NCBI GenBank assembly: GCA_964106915.2
Contig: OZ066915.1
Strand: one strand, 5' to 3'
Source: Podarcis gaigeae
Taxonomy: Eukaryota
Length of the DNA stretch: 64,000 nucleotides
The position numbers and the translations under genes are program-made. Positions 12,301-25,417 of the stretch are shown here, piece after piece. The notes under the pieces are model-generated. The model worked only from the letters and a program-made list of their open reading frames with translations. It was not told the origin of the DNA and did not search any database. The first letter of the stretch is position 1, and the number at the start of each line of letters is the position of its first letter.

Positions 12301-14607
12301 AAACTAAAAATGTATTGGTGCACTGGTCAGCATGGGGTCAATCGGGATCACTTGACTTGCATGAAGAGCCTTAGGTGTGTAGATAGAAAATCCATCAATT
12401 AATTCCTTCCATCAGTAGCATCAAAACCCAACAAATAGCACTGGCAGACCCTAAACCATTTTCTAAACCATTTGCAATCAACTAATCTATGTTGCCTTGG
12501 AAAGTACTTCAGTTTGACTTAATAAAGCCTTTATAAAGAACAATGTGGTGTCTCACTTGTGTTTTATCTAGGAAGGATTTGTCCTACTGGGTGTTCTCCC
12601 ATCAGTTTATCAATTCACATCATTTTTGGCTGCCGAGAGAGGAGTTACAAGACTCTCTAGCACAGAAGACTCGATCTGAATGGGCTGTCTAGGTTGGAGA
12701 TTCCAGTAGACCCATATGTGGGAAAGGCTAGGGGCAGGCAATGCAAAGAAGACATTGCAGTTATTTTATTTGAAAGCTGGCCAAGGTCCTGAGAGACTGG
12801 AAGGATGGGTGAGGATCAAAGGCCTCGCTGGCTGTAAATCTTTCACCTGCAACTGTTACTTACTGGGGCTTTTGGCCATTATTTCGAGGTCGGGCCCAGG
12901 TCAGGATTTCTCCTGTCTTTTTAGTCCCCAAACTCTGAAACATCCACCTTATCTTTGACGCCATCTTGACATAAAAAACAAATTATGGCCCAATTACCCT
13001 CCCCGAAAGAGCGATCTAAAGGGCTTGGGGGGGGGGACCTTAAATGACAAGAACTGTCAGGCGCTTCCTTAAGAAAATGTAAGCAAAGTTACAGGGAGGA
13101 AAATATGCCACAGCTTCAAACCACCTTGGCACACAATTGCCCATCTACGTGTACAAAATCTCCCTTTTGGCAAGCTGTCTGCCTCACAGGCTTAATGTCT
13201 CTAATCCAGAAGGCCAGTGCCTTCATTCCACTGATCTAGAAGTTCAAGCATGATGATTGGTTGAAACCTTTCCCTTTCTTGATAGAGAAACCCATTGTCC
13301 ACCAATCCCCTGTGGACTAAAGAAAATGAGCCTGGGGACCCATCCTAAAGTGGTCACCCTAAAGGCTGCTTTCCCCATGCATGCACTTCACTGGTTTCAA
13401 TGAGGGTTTCTACAAGACCTTCGTGACAGAGCACATGCCTTGCATGCAAAAATTCCTGATCCCTGGCATTTTCATTTAAAAGGCTCAGGTAGCAGGTGAT
13501 GTAAAAGGCTTCTGCCCCAGACCAAGGAGAGCTGCCTTTTGTTGTAGGGAGGAGGAGTAACAATGCTGAGCTATAGTTGAGCTCAGTGTAAGCTTCCTAT
13601 GTGTGAAAGAATATCACTTTTTAAAAAAAATTAAAAATGCTGTGTGAGCAAAAAATTCTCTTCTGTGATGATAAACACGTGGTGGCTAATTTCTCTTGAT
13701 GCTCTAGTAAGCAAGTGATGAACACATGTATAAACCAGCTCAAAGCCTTATTCCCATGTCATGATACTGAACATGAAGTCCCTTAGTCTCTGGGAATATG
13801 TTCATAGAGACTTTGGGAGTAATTACTACTGTGTCCTCCTGTCTTATTTTCCATCTCCTGTAGCAGAGGAATAAAGGGAGATTTTGTTACTCTGAAGTAT
13901 CCTTCCTGTCATTAAGTGTCACTGCTAGGAGTTTATGTGCTAGCAGTTACAAAGACTGTGGTATGTTGTAAGCAAAGACTTATCCAGGGGAGCATGACTG
14001 CTTCGATCACACCAGGCACAGAACTTCCTGAGAACCACAGCAGGCACTGCAACTCTGACATCTAACAGAAGGTGAGAGGCAGGGGACTGTGATGGGTTTT
14101 GGCATGGCACAGGGTGCCACTGAAATCTGAGACGCCAAAGTCTGCCACTGGTTGTCATCCACACATTTCTGAGTTTTATATATATACAGAATTGAATGTG
14201 GAAATAAATATCTATAGGCAGGGATGTTATTGTGAAGGGGAGGGGAAAGATTATTTTAGAGGCATATTTCTAGCAAAAGTTCAAAAGCCTATTCTTAGAT
14301 ATTAAAGTGAGCAGTGCAGTGTGTCCTGAAAACAGCATTCTGAAAGGTTGCTTTATGGTTAAGTCATAATAGTGATGCTTTGTGTTGAACTTTCTTTTGT
14401 ATCTGATAAAAGAAAAGTGTATATTAGGCATGTGGAATGTAGCCCACAGATGGCCAACTTCCAAATATTCCTGGACCATCATATTTGACTGGGGGTAATG
14501 GGAGTTTGAGTCTAACAGCTGGAGGATCACAGGTTCACAGCCACCAGTTCACAGTGGCAAAGAAACACAAGAATTTAAAAGAGAGACCAAAAAAGGGGCA
14601 AAGAACA

Positions 14608-14640
<33 letters not shown>

Positions 14641-14695
14641 TGAGTGTGAATGAATGAATGAATGAATGAATAAATAAACAAATAAATAAATAAAT
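14608..14695. repeat. Compound microsatellite (TG)n-(TGAA)n-(TAAA)n
   Basis: Seen directly. Confidence 0.95.
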
Positions 14696-15164
14696 GTGAA
14701 TGGAACAAATAAACAAAACAATGCATATTTTTACAAGTTGATAGCAAAATCAATTAAGGTTTCAATAAGCAGTGGAGTAGTGACTTAATGTAATCTGGTA
14801 CTGGCACACAGACACACCCTTTAAAACAAAAACAAAAAACTACCAGGATAAATTATTGAATATGTGTTGCTGTTTTGCCTCAAATGGGTGCTTATGTACA
14901 AATCTGAGTGTTTAACAGTAAACACACGTATCCACAGCTGCTCCATTTCAGGAAGTATACACAAAGCTACAGAAAGGGGGACATGGGCAGATTCTAATGC
15001 ATGTGATACTGCAGTGTGCACGAGGTTAGCAAGACATCGGTAGTGTCTTGGCAGGGTATGTGTGAGAGAGGGGACAGCGAGATTGCAGTTGAGAAAGTGA
15101 TGTGTGGACAACACCACATAAATGGAGGCACAGTCAGATTCTAATCCACACTAAATGATGATGT

Positions 15165-15255
15165 GGAGAAGTCCTGTGATGTTGACACCAGTCAATCTTC
15201 TGTATAGGGAGAAGTCCTGTGATGTTGACACCAGTCAATCTTCTGTATAGGGAGA
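15165..15255. repeat. Perfect 43-bp tandem duplication
   Basis: GGAGAAGTCCTGTGATGTTGACACCAGTCAATCTTCTGTATAG at 15165-15207 and 15208-15250, then GGAGA. Confidence 0.95.
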
Positions 15256-15364
15256 TTGTTCCAAAGTCAAGATGTGCCACCTCAGAAAAGGCCCTCAGCT
15301 TTGTGTGAGCAAAACATACTTCAGGAACTGATGATACTAGGGAAAGGGCCTCAACTCAAGGTCT

Positions 15365-15495
15365 TGATCCTCAAAGGCAAACCTATGTCTAATGCATGAT
15401 AGTACTCCAGCTGGAATGTTACCGGAGAATGGATCAATGTTGCTAAGCTATCCTTATCCAGATGATGGACAAGCCTAAAACTGGCAAAAGGTATT
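15365..15495 (-). mobile_element. Degraded L2-type LINE ORF2 fragment
   Basis: Translation RLVHHLDKDSLATLIHSPVTFQLEYYHALDIGLPL resembles the L2 post-RT motif (L..D...LIHA.VTSRLDYCN.LY.GLP). Confidence 0.65.
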
Positions 15496-16259
15496 CCATG
15501 CCGCCAAGGCCACTTCAGCCTCCTAAAGAACATAAGAAGCAGCTGCTGGATCAGGCCAATGGCCCATCTAGTCCTGTTCCCACAGTAGCCAACCAGGTGC
15601 CTGTGGGAAGCCTGCGAATTGAACGTAAGCACAACAGCAACTGTGATTCCCAGTCATTGGTATTCAGAGGCATGATGCCTCTGGCTACAGAGGTAGAACA
15701 TAGCAATTGTTGGTTATGGCTATAGCTCCAGTGACAGAGCTGGATCAAGGAGTATCCCCAGAATGAGCACCGGCTCTTTGGAAAATGGAAAAGTCGGTTT
15801 CCTAGTCCTGAGAATCAGCACTACCATCTTGTTACATGCACCATTTCTCTGATCTAAAGATCTCCATCCAAGCTGTTATTACCTGCATTTTGTTCTCATG
15901 GAGCTAAGAGAATAACACCTGTTTTAAAAAATATTTCCAGTGTGTGTGTGTGTGTTAAAAAAAAAATGTATACATGTTCCTAGAGCCTGACTTCTCAGCA
16001 TTTGCCATCCCTGAGATTATAATTTTGTTTCTGACGTTTGGAAGTCATGCACTAATAAAACTGAACCTTACATAAAAGCTTTTCTTGAGGGGGACAGTTG
16101 CTGTTGTTGTTATTATCATCTATTCCCCACTTCCTTCCATAGGAGTCCAGGGCAGCAATCCCTGCAACATTTTTAGTTACCAAAGATGAAATCTTACATT
16201 ATGTTCTCCTGTGTATCCTTTTCCCAGTTAAAATGATCATTTTCAATGATCAAGGAATA

Positions 16260-16500
16260 CAGTGGTACCTTGGGTTACATATGCTTCAGGTTACATACAC
16301 TTCAGGTTACAGACTCCGCTAATCCAGAAATAATGCTTCAGGTTAAGAACTTTGCTTCAGGATGAGAACAGAAATCGTGCTCTGGCAGCGCAGCAGCAGA
16401 GGAGGCCCCATTAGCTAAAGTGGTGCTTCAGGTTAGGAACAGTTTCAGGTTAAGAACGGACCTCCAGAACAAATTAAGTACTTAACCCGAGGTACCACTG
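16260..16500. mobile_element. Tc1/mariner-type MITE, copy 2 (inverted relative to copy 1)
   Basis: TA-CAGTGGTACCT...AGGTACCACTG-TA; interior is the reverse complement of copy 1. Confidence 0.9.
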
Positions 16501-18700
16501 TATTGTTTACTGATCACAACTTTCAGATTCATGCTAGAGATTGGATGTGCAATTCTCCAGGCCAGGGCAAGGGGGACCTTTGGCTCCCCAGATTTTCCTG
16601 GACTCCAACTGCCATCACCCGTGTCCATTTGCCATGTTGGCTGGGACTGGTGGGAATTGGGAGCCCAACATCTGAAGAGCCTCAGGTTCCCCACAGCAGG
16701 TTCTGGTTCTCTTGTATTTTTTTAACAAGGCCAATAGATCTCTTTATTTGATGAAAAGGGTGGTCTTCTGATAATTTTCCTCTCTTTTACTATCTCCTTG
16801 GAGTCTTTTTTAAAGAGTTTTTTTATTAAAAAAATAAATATGCAGGGGTTTTTTCCCATTTCATATCTGTACTGCTTCATATTTTAAAGAAAAAAATCAC
16901 AAGACAACCAACATTAAAGCATCAAATAAAACAATTCAGACTAAGCCATTACAGAAGGAAGTCAAATATAAAGTATATATTCAAAGGAGCATAATTAACC
17001 AGAAACTAAAATATTACCTTAAAAGATTTAAAAATAAAACATTACAAAGGTGGTCAACTACAGAACGCACATTTAATGCAGCAGAATTAACGAAAAAGTG
17101 TCTTAAACATTTCAAGAGAAAACATTAATAATGGAAGTCAAATATTAAATGCACATTTAAAAGAGCACAAGTAGTAAGAAAATAAAATATAAGCATAGAA
17201 CGTATCTGCTGCTGTTGCTGCCAATGGTTGTATGGTTGTTCATGGTGGGTGGTGGTTGTGGAAGCTCAGGCTCCATGACCTGAGTCTGCATTAAGAGACA
17301 GTCAAGATGGTCTCTGGCCACCTCAACAGCCTTTTGTAGCTGGAGTCAGTCCTGCCCTCCCAGGCCAGGTGGGAAAGGCCTGCAAGGCAGGGAGCAGGTC
17401 TTCCAGGACTCACAGCCCAGATAGTCTCCACACAGTTCTACACACTTTCCACCTTTCACAGGAGACCCACCTGTCAGCCTTTGGTTCTGACCTGTAGATT
17501 CCCATGAGGCAGCTGAATACTGACATCCAATCAATGCCCAAAAGCTTCATGCAAGAGATAGGTGGCTGCAACTTTTTCCCCATGGCACTGCAGTGGGCAT
17601 GACCTTGCTACACGCTTTCTGGCCATATAGCGAATTAGGCACAGTAGCAGCTATAACTTTTCTTCTCCTCCCTCTTCTCTCCCCCCCCCCCTCCAATTTT
17701 TGTACAGCTATGCATACAAACTTACCCAGGGGGGAAATGAAGCAATAATACTTTGCTGCCTTTGAAGCACTTCCCCTGGACTTTCACCGAACTCCCGCTT
17801 CTCGGCTTGTGGAAATGTTTGTAGGTACCTCTCATTAACTTTAACGGGGCCTGCGATCTGCAGGACGCAAGCGAGGGGTCTCAGTGTTAATGGTGCCCTC
17901 ACACGTCTCCTAAAGGCCTCTTGTGTTGTGGACTCCTCTGTGCGGAAAGCCCTTGGAATAGGCCAGGCAGCGCTGAATCTCCCAGCGCCGTGTTTTATTT
18001 TTCTTCCTCTGGTCTGGGTGAGACAATGGCCGCTCTATCCTTCCAAACCAAGCCAGGGAAGAAAAAGCAGCAAGAAGCAAAGGCTGGCTCTCTGTGTAGA
18101 GTCGACCATCTTCAGCCAGGGCCTGGCCACCCAACAGAGGGGCATACGCTTTCTCAGGCACCCAAAAAGCCATTCCCCATTCCATTTCAGTTTTGCTTCC
18201 ATGTGCCTTTCCCACTCCTGTTTTTCTTTCTAGTTTCCCAGCCCGCCCGACCCCCCTTTTGTCAGATTGGTATTTTATTTGGCTCCATGCTGTCTACGGG
18301 GCTGTCCCATTTAACCCCTTCCTTGCCGCTTCCGAGATAAGAATTGGCTCCTTTGAAATCAGATAAACAGTCTCATAAATACCAAGAAAGAAACAACACT
18401 GCAGCTTTCTGAAGGAAACTGTGTGTGCTTGGGATGGTGGGGGCGGGGGGGGAAGAGACGAGATAATTTGCCAAAAGGCCGAACACGTAAGTGCGGAGAT
18501 GAGTCATTGAGTGGGCGATTCCCTGCAGGGCTAGCTGCTTACCTTGTCACCGTACATGCTGTCAGTACGGCACCCGTGAGTGATTAGCCGTGCTTTGGGC
18601 ACACTAGATGGGAGATTCCCAGCTTCTGTTCAAAAATAATGATGAAGTTTCTAGCCTTCAGGGTTGGAAAGAAAAGCTTGACAATAGGCGACTGTAGTGG

Positions 18701-19075
18701 TAAAAAAAGGTAAAGGACCCCTGGACAGTTAAGTCCAGTCAAAGGTGACTATGGGGTGCTGCGCTCATCTCGCTTCAGACTGAGAAGCCGGCGTTTGTCC
18801 ACAGGCAGCTTTCTGGGTCATGTGGCTAGCATGACTAAACCACTTCTGGTGCAACGAAACACCATGACTGAAGCCAGAGCGCACAAAAACACCATTTACC
18901 TTCCCGCCACAGTGGTACCTATTTATCTACTTGCACTGGCATGCTTTCAAACTGCTAGGTTGGCAGGAGCTGGGACAGAGCAATGGGAGCTCACCCTATC
19001 ACAGGGATTTGAATCAGCGACCTTCTGATCGGCAAGCCCAAGAGGCTCAGTGGTTTAGACCACAGCGCCACCCGC
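18701..19075 (-). mobile_element. Sauria SINE
   Basis: Reverse complement of the elements at 39566 and 62375; (AAAGGT)n tail on the left, tRNA-like head on the right; more CpG-decayed than the other two. Confidence 0.9.
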
Positions 19076-21802
19076 ATGTGAGGCAGGTGTAGTGCACCAT
19101 CTTAGGGAATAAGATGATGTTCCTTCATCACAGGGTCAATGCACTGAAAGTTCCTAAGTCAAATTTTGGTTCAGCCGCCTGGTCTTAAGGAAGATGTTGC
19201 GCTTCAGCTCACCCATCTATAATAAGAGGGTAATTGTCCTGGCCTACCTTGCAAGGTGGTCAGAACTGCTGGCAATGTATGTTCAGTGTTTCAGGCATTA
19301 GGGGGATAACTATATAAACATAAGGTAGCAGCATTGGATGTTCTGAAACCTTAAAAATCAGAAGGCATGTGAAAAAGAAGCAATGAGCACAAAGCTATTG
19401 ATCCTACATGTGGTCAAGCCATGGGGTGCTTTTCTTGGGACACTTGCCTGGCACCCACATTGCTGCATTTTTGGCATCAGGTCAAGACCTTTTTGTTCTC
19501 CTTTTAACATTTTCATTTTTCAGTTGCGGCACTATGGTGGGTGGTTTTAGTGTATAAATTTGATGGCTGTTCTGGTTTTGTGCTGTGTATGGTATTTTGT
19601 TGTGCAGCTTTGGTTTTTATGATGCTTTGTCTCTTAAACTTATTGTGGGATGGAGAGAGGTGGGGAGTGGGAGAGCTTTTTTCTTTAAAAATGGGTACTC
19701 TCATTTTGACTCAAGAAAATACCATTTTATTGTTAAAATTGGGAAAAATAAATACAGTAAATGGACAAAAGTATGAAGATTCACGAAATGTTAGGGGTAC
19801 GCATACCCCTGTGTCCCCCCAGAAAAAAGGTGTGTGGGTGTGTGTAATGTTTTGTTCTTGTGCTTTTTTATTTTTATTTTGTTACTGCCGTCTAGACAAT
19901 TTATTTTATGAGGAATCTCATAAATATAAATAATATGCATCACAGGAGAACAGCAACACTCACATCGTGGATAAATGTTTCCACCAAGACACTGTTGTTA
20001 AGTCAGGAACGTATTGTAGAATAATAAAACGCTGCATGCGTGTGCATGTGCATCAATGCCCTCTATCCAAGGGGAAGATTTCTGGCCAGCAGGTTTCCTT
20101 TAGTGATCACACTATTCAAGCTCTCTTTGTGCCTCTGTGCATGCAGAGTGAAAGGGGAGGATATGGCATGCGGTCCAGGGAGATACAAAAATCCAGAATA
20201 TGGTGTACCGTGACAATGTTTTTCATTCCTTTTGTTTGCTCATTCGTTTTGCCCTCCTGCCATCTTTGAATTGGCAAGGAATACCTAAACCAAGAAGGGG
20301 GGGGGGGAGCCAAGTCCACAGAGAGAGGAGATTGGGTGGATGGAGGGGGAAGGGGGAGCCCTCTCAGATTTCTCAACGGATAATTAAGCAACAAGGGGGT
20401 GGAGAGGGTAGCTAAGATTTTGAAAAATGCCTTGACAAGAGCTAATGCTTTACAGGGATAAGTGTAGACATGATATAAGGCAAGGGTTAGCCTCTAGGAT
20501 CAAAGAGGCACACCTAATACTCCTATGCCCCTTTCCTGGCTTGCGTAATGGAAACAGGGAGGTCATTTTTCTTTCCTGTGCAGCAAAAACTTTAACTGGG
20601 ACTTTAAACAGCGCATTTGAAACCTGCAATGCAACATTCACCATTGTATTCAATTAAAGGCAGAAAGTTCAGGGGTGTTCCCAATCCAGCAGTGGTTCTG
20701 GGTTACCATTTATATTCTATCAGATCACACAGCGCTTATGCTTTCTATTCAGGCACATTTTGAATGATAAATAGCAAAGGAACAGAAATTATTCACAAGA
20801 GCTCGGCTTATAGGATGTATCTGTAGCTTATGCTGCTTATGTATGGTTACCATGTTTGGAAAAAGCATTGGCTCCTGTTTGGATACTTTTTGCCACCATG
20901 ACTGGAGAGAGATTTGCCGACAATGCATTCTCATCATAATCCGTAACGTTTACAGAGCGCTTTCTAGTGTTCAAAGCACTTCAAATCTGTTATTATCTTT
21001 TGGGGATCTTTACAACCTTCCCCTGCCCCAGAATGTCTGTATTATTTTTCCCTATATTACAGAGCGGGGGCTGGGGCTAACTAAGGACACGGGGGTCTTT
21101 TTTGTTTTATAACTCAGTCACTAACGCCACACCAGCTCTTGCCACCACAGAGAAAAAACAGCTGGGAAATGTCAGGAAATAGCACCTCTTCCTAGCCATG
21201 GAGTGGGGGGTGGGCCTCTGGCACAGCACAGTATTTTGTACAGTACCAGAAAGCAGCCCAAGGTGTCTTCCCCAGTGTAAATAAACTGAGTGTAATGTTT
21301 GTGCAAACTTTGCAACTTTTTCTTTCTTTCTTCTTCTCTAGTTCAGTTGTGACTATTCATTATTTATATGCACATAGATCCATGAAGGTGTGGTCTAGGC
21401 GTGTCATCCACACTGGGGAAAATTCCAGTGGAATGCTCGCATACACCCAGCAACTGGGTTTAGAGTACAGAACTAACACACACACACGTTTCTCCTTTCA
21501 AGTATTTCCCATGATTATTTCCTCTACCCGTTTCTCTCTTCTTAGGTTGATACCTTAATTCCTAAGGCTAGAAATGTTTTGATCCCATCAGCCCCAGCAG
21601 CCATGCCCTGTGATAGGGATTGTGGGAATTGTAGTCTGAGAGCACCTGGAGGGCCGCAGGTTCCCCATCCCTAATGTAAATTGTGTACTGATATAGAGAA
21701 CCCTAATGTAGTTGTGGACACTACACTAGGTGGTTTCAAAAGAGGAGGAGAGAAATTCAGGAATGATAAGGCTATCCATGGCTACTAGGCATGATGACTA
21801 TA

Positions 21803-22025
21803 CAGTGGTACCTCAGGTTAAGTACTTAATTCATTCCGAAGGTCCATTCTTAACCTGAAACTGTTCTTAACCTGAAGCACCACTTTAGCTAATGGGGCCT
21901 CCTGCTTCCGCCACGCCTCCAGAGCACAATTTCTGTTCTCAACCTGAAGCACTATTTCTGGGTTAGCAGAGTCTGTAACCTGAAGCATATGTAACCTGAA
22001 GCGTATGTAACCCGAGGTACCACTG
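21803..22025. mobile_element. Tc1/mariner-type MITE, copy 3
   Basis: TA TSD, same TIRs and interior. Confidence 0.9.
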
Positions 22026-23174
22026 TATTCTACCTCCACTGTTGGAGACAGTATCTCTTTGAATACCACCTGCTAAGAATCAAATGTGGGGAGAGCATTG
22101 TTGCACTCAGACCTTGCTTGTGGGCTTCCCATAGGCATCTGGTTAGCTACTGTGAAAACAGGATGCTGGACTAGAGAGGCCATTGGACTGGTCCAAGTGG
22201 GCTGCTCCTATGTTCTCAAATGATTCCTGGATACTCAGGATAGTTTGCAGTTTCCACCTGATGTCTAATAGGATATGTAAGGCCCTGTTCACGTAGCGGG
22301 TAGATGACCTTTGAGCAGCATACAGCATGCTTACATGTCGGTTGTGGCAGAATCTCCATGGGATTGTCACCAGGTTTCTTGACTGCATCCATTTGTGCTA
22401 CCTTCTCAATCTCCTGGGCTCACACCTCAGCTAGGCCCCTCTTTACGTTGGAGGGTTTTCCTTCCCTGCTGTTGCTGTCATGAAATTAAAGCCTCAGTAA
22501 TCCTTGTTATAGGAATGAAGCCAGCGAGTGTGGGAAAGAATGGGGGTCGTTTTCATGAATCCTGTTACCAGAAGTATTTCCACCAATAGAGCCAATATGT
22601 TAACAGCATCCTCTGTCATCTACGTGATCAACACAGCAAGAGAAGGCAGTTTGGGTTGCATTCCATTATGATTAACATGGTATGTTATGAATATGTGGCT
22701 TATTTCTAGCTTGCAAATCCCCTTTCCTCTAAGCAAGGCTTCTATTGGTTTTACTGGTAATCCTGCCTGGATAAAGGAACCTAGGTGGTTGAAATAAACA
22801 TCCCATACTCCAAGGAGCACCCCCAAGGCCTGAAGCTGAAAGAATTCAACACTTGGAGAGGGAATCATCTAATCACTTAAGGACCTTGATACTCTGGGCA
22901 CTTATCAGTCCATCCCTGGGTGCCTCTAGTCTCTCTCCTTGTATTGAAAGAGAACTCTCTTGATTTGATCATCATCAGAGGCCCTTCTGTCTGTGCCCTA
23001 CGGGAGTAGTCCAGAGGGTGACAACAGGAGGACAAACCTTTTGGCTGGCCGCTGCCCATTCAAGGAATGCTCTTCTCAGTGAAGCTCACCTGGAACCAAT
23101 AGTGATGCATTTTCAGCTCCATTCATTTGGGTGTTTATTTTTCTTTGACTCTAGGAGCTAATGATTGTCATTTA

Positions 23175-23392
23175 CAATGGTACCTCTGGTTACATATTTA
23201 ATTCGTTCTGGAGGTCCGTTCTTAACCTGAAACTGTTCTTAACCTGAAGCACCACTTTAGCTAATGGGGCCTCCCGCTGCCGCCACTGCGCGATTTCTGT
23301 TCTCATCCTGAAGCAAAGTTCTTAACCTGAAGCACTATTTCTGGGTTAGCAGAGTCTGTAACTTGAAGCATCTGTAACCCGAGGGACCACTG
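23175..23392. mobile_element. Tc1/mariner-type MITE, copy 4
   Basis: TA TSD, TIRs with single substitutions (CAATGGTACC / GGGACCACTG). Confidence 0.88.
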
Positions 23393-25295
23393 TATAATGA
23401 TTGCCATTTGTTTCCACACCTGGGCCTTAATGAAAATTTTAATTCCCTCCCTCTTTTGTTTTGCCTTCCATTCTCCGGAAATGTCCATGTATGAGAGACT
23501 CTATAATAAGAGACAGAAAGTCAAGAGCAGTTTGACCTTTTCCATCTCTCTTTCTCAAAGTGCAATGCAGACCTCTCACGGTCTACATAGAAATAAGTCC
23601 TATTAAATTCAATCATGGTGCTTACAAAATGGTGCTTCGGACTGAGGCCTCCGTGACACAAAATCCTCTTCTTGGGAGAATACTTAATGAAGAATGCTGT
23701 GTTAGTTGTGCAAATCAAGAAAAGTATTTTTGGCAGAATTATGTATGCATATTTGTGCGTGTGTGCATGCATGCACATGTGTACAGAGAGGGGGAGAGAG
23801 AGAGAAATAAAGGAGAGGTGCAGCTCTGCTGATTTTTGCCCCTATGGCAAAATCTGTAGACCCTGCACTGGGCAATATGTAATAGTACAGTGACTTTGAA
23901 ATGTGGTGTGACAGGCCTGCTTTCCTTGGAGACCCCCCTGCTCAATCTGCTAAGTGGGGGCTTTGGACATCTTCCCCAAAGGCTTACTTTAATAGCAGCA
24001 CTTGGCAGAAAAAGAGTAGCACACTCAGTCTCATATATGGGTCAAGATTCTGTTCCCATGTTTGTATTAGGTTTAGTTATTCCAACATTTGCCTCTCCCC
24101 AGAAGATCAGCTTCCTAGCTTACCAGAAAAGTCAAGGCAATGCATGTTACTTGGTATGAGGAGAAAAGGGGAGGAGCTTCTCTCTAAGTATCAAGGTTTA
24201 TGCCCACCAATTTGCAGTCCAAGGAGTACAATGAATGTGTCCAGCATCCTACACTGTGTGCTCTAACATGTTTATTGCTATCAAAGCTTTCCCAGGAGGT
24301 CTAGTAGGAATGGCATAGCACTAGAGATCTTGCTGAAACGTGGATGCTTGTGTGTGGAGGGGTTAAAACTATAGCCCCCAGGCTCTTTTTATTTTTTTAA
24401 GCAAGTGTCCAGCCCTTGTAGAATCAGAAAGAAGAGGCTAAATCTGCATGAGCTCTTGGGCCAGTGTGTTTTTGAGACTGCCTGTTTCTATCTTTCAGTG
24501 CAAATGAGGGACATTTGGGAAAGCAGGGCTAGGCAATTAGTCAAAGGCATTCCCAAGTGACACACCCAATGAATGAACTTCCTGATTCATGCTGAAGCTT
24601 CCTTCCTTGGTGGAGAAGTGATTGCTGCCCCATGAAAAACTACTCAGAAATCCAGGCTTTTAGAATAGCAGTAGCAGCACACATGGTAGAATGGAGCTCC
24701 CCTTTTGACGCCATTGTTTCTGCTGTTTACCTTGCTGGGGCTGCCTGGGTGGAGGCACCTGGAACCACCAAAAGAGTCTATCTGGTCTCTCAAAGCCCCA
24801 ACCTCATCCCCACCCAGCCTCATCCATGCCCCAACTAGGTAAGCAACAGCAACACTGGTGTCCGCAAAGACCATTATCTAATTCAGATCTAATTTCATAC
24901 CCTTTCCCACATGTTCTTTTCTTCCCCTGAGTTTGTAAACATTGTTTTTACAATGTTTACATTTAAACAACATTGGTTTTCAATGTCCTGCCTGTACCAA
25001 TGCAGATAAAGACCATCATTAACTTATCCCTGTTGGACAGGGCTAGAGGTTATGATAGACCTGCAAAATAGCAAAGTTTAATACCCTTTCTTCTGAGGAA
25101 AGGGGGGCAATAACCGCAGTGTAATCAAGTGCTGTTGTCCAGTTTTGTCGTGCTTTTGTTTTTTAATTAAGGGAAATGTGAAGTAGCTGAGCAATTAATT
25201 GGAGGGGGTGGGAGTGAGAATTGAAAGGTTTCAACTACAGGGAGAAGAAATCAGCAGGACAGCAGGTCTACCCACTGAGAAACAACAGTAAAGTA

Positions 25296-25417
25296 AAAAA
25301 AAAAAAAAAAATCCTTCCAGTAGCACCTTAAAGACCAACTAAGTTAGTTCTTGGTATGAGCTTTCGTGTGCATGCACACTTCTTCAGATACACAGATCAA
25401 CACGGCTACCTATCTGT
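25296..25417. mobile_element. Penelope-like element terminal fragment
   Basis: GTAGCACCTTAAAGACCAAC...ATGAGCTTTCGTG...CACTTCTTCAGAT signature typical of reptile Penelope ends; A-run on the left; flanking 12-bp duplication AACAGTAAAGTA (25284-25295 / 25418-25429). Confidence 0.65.
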
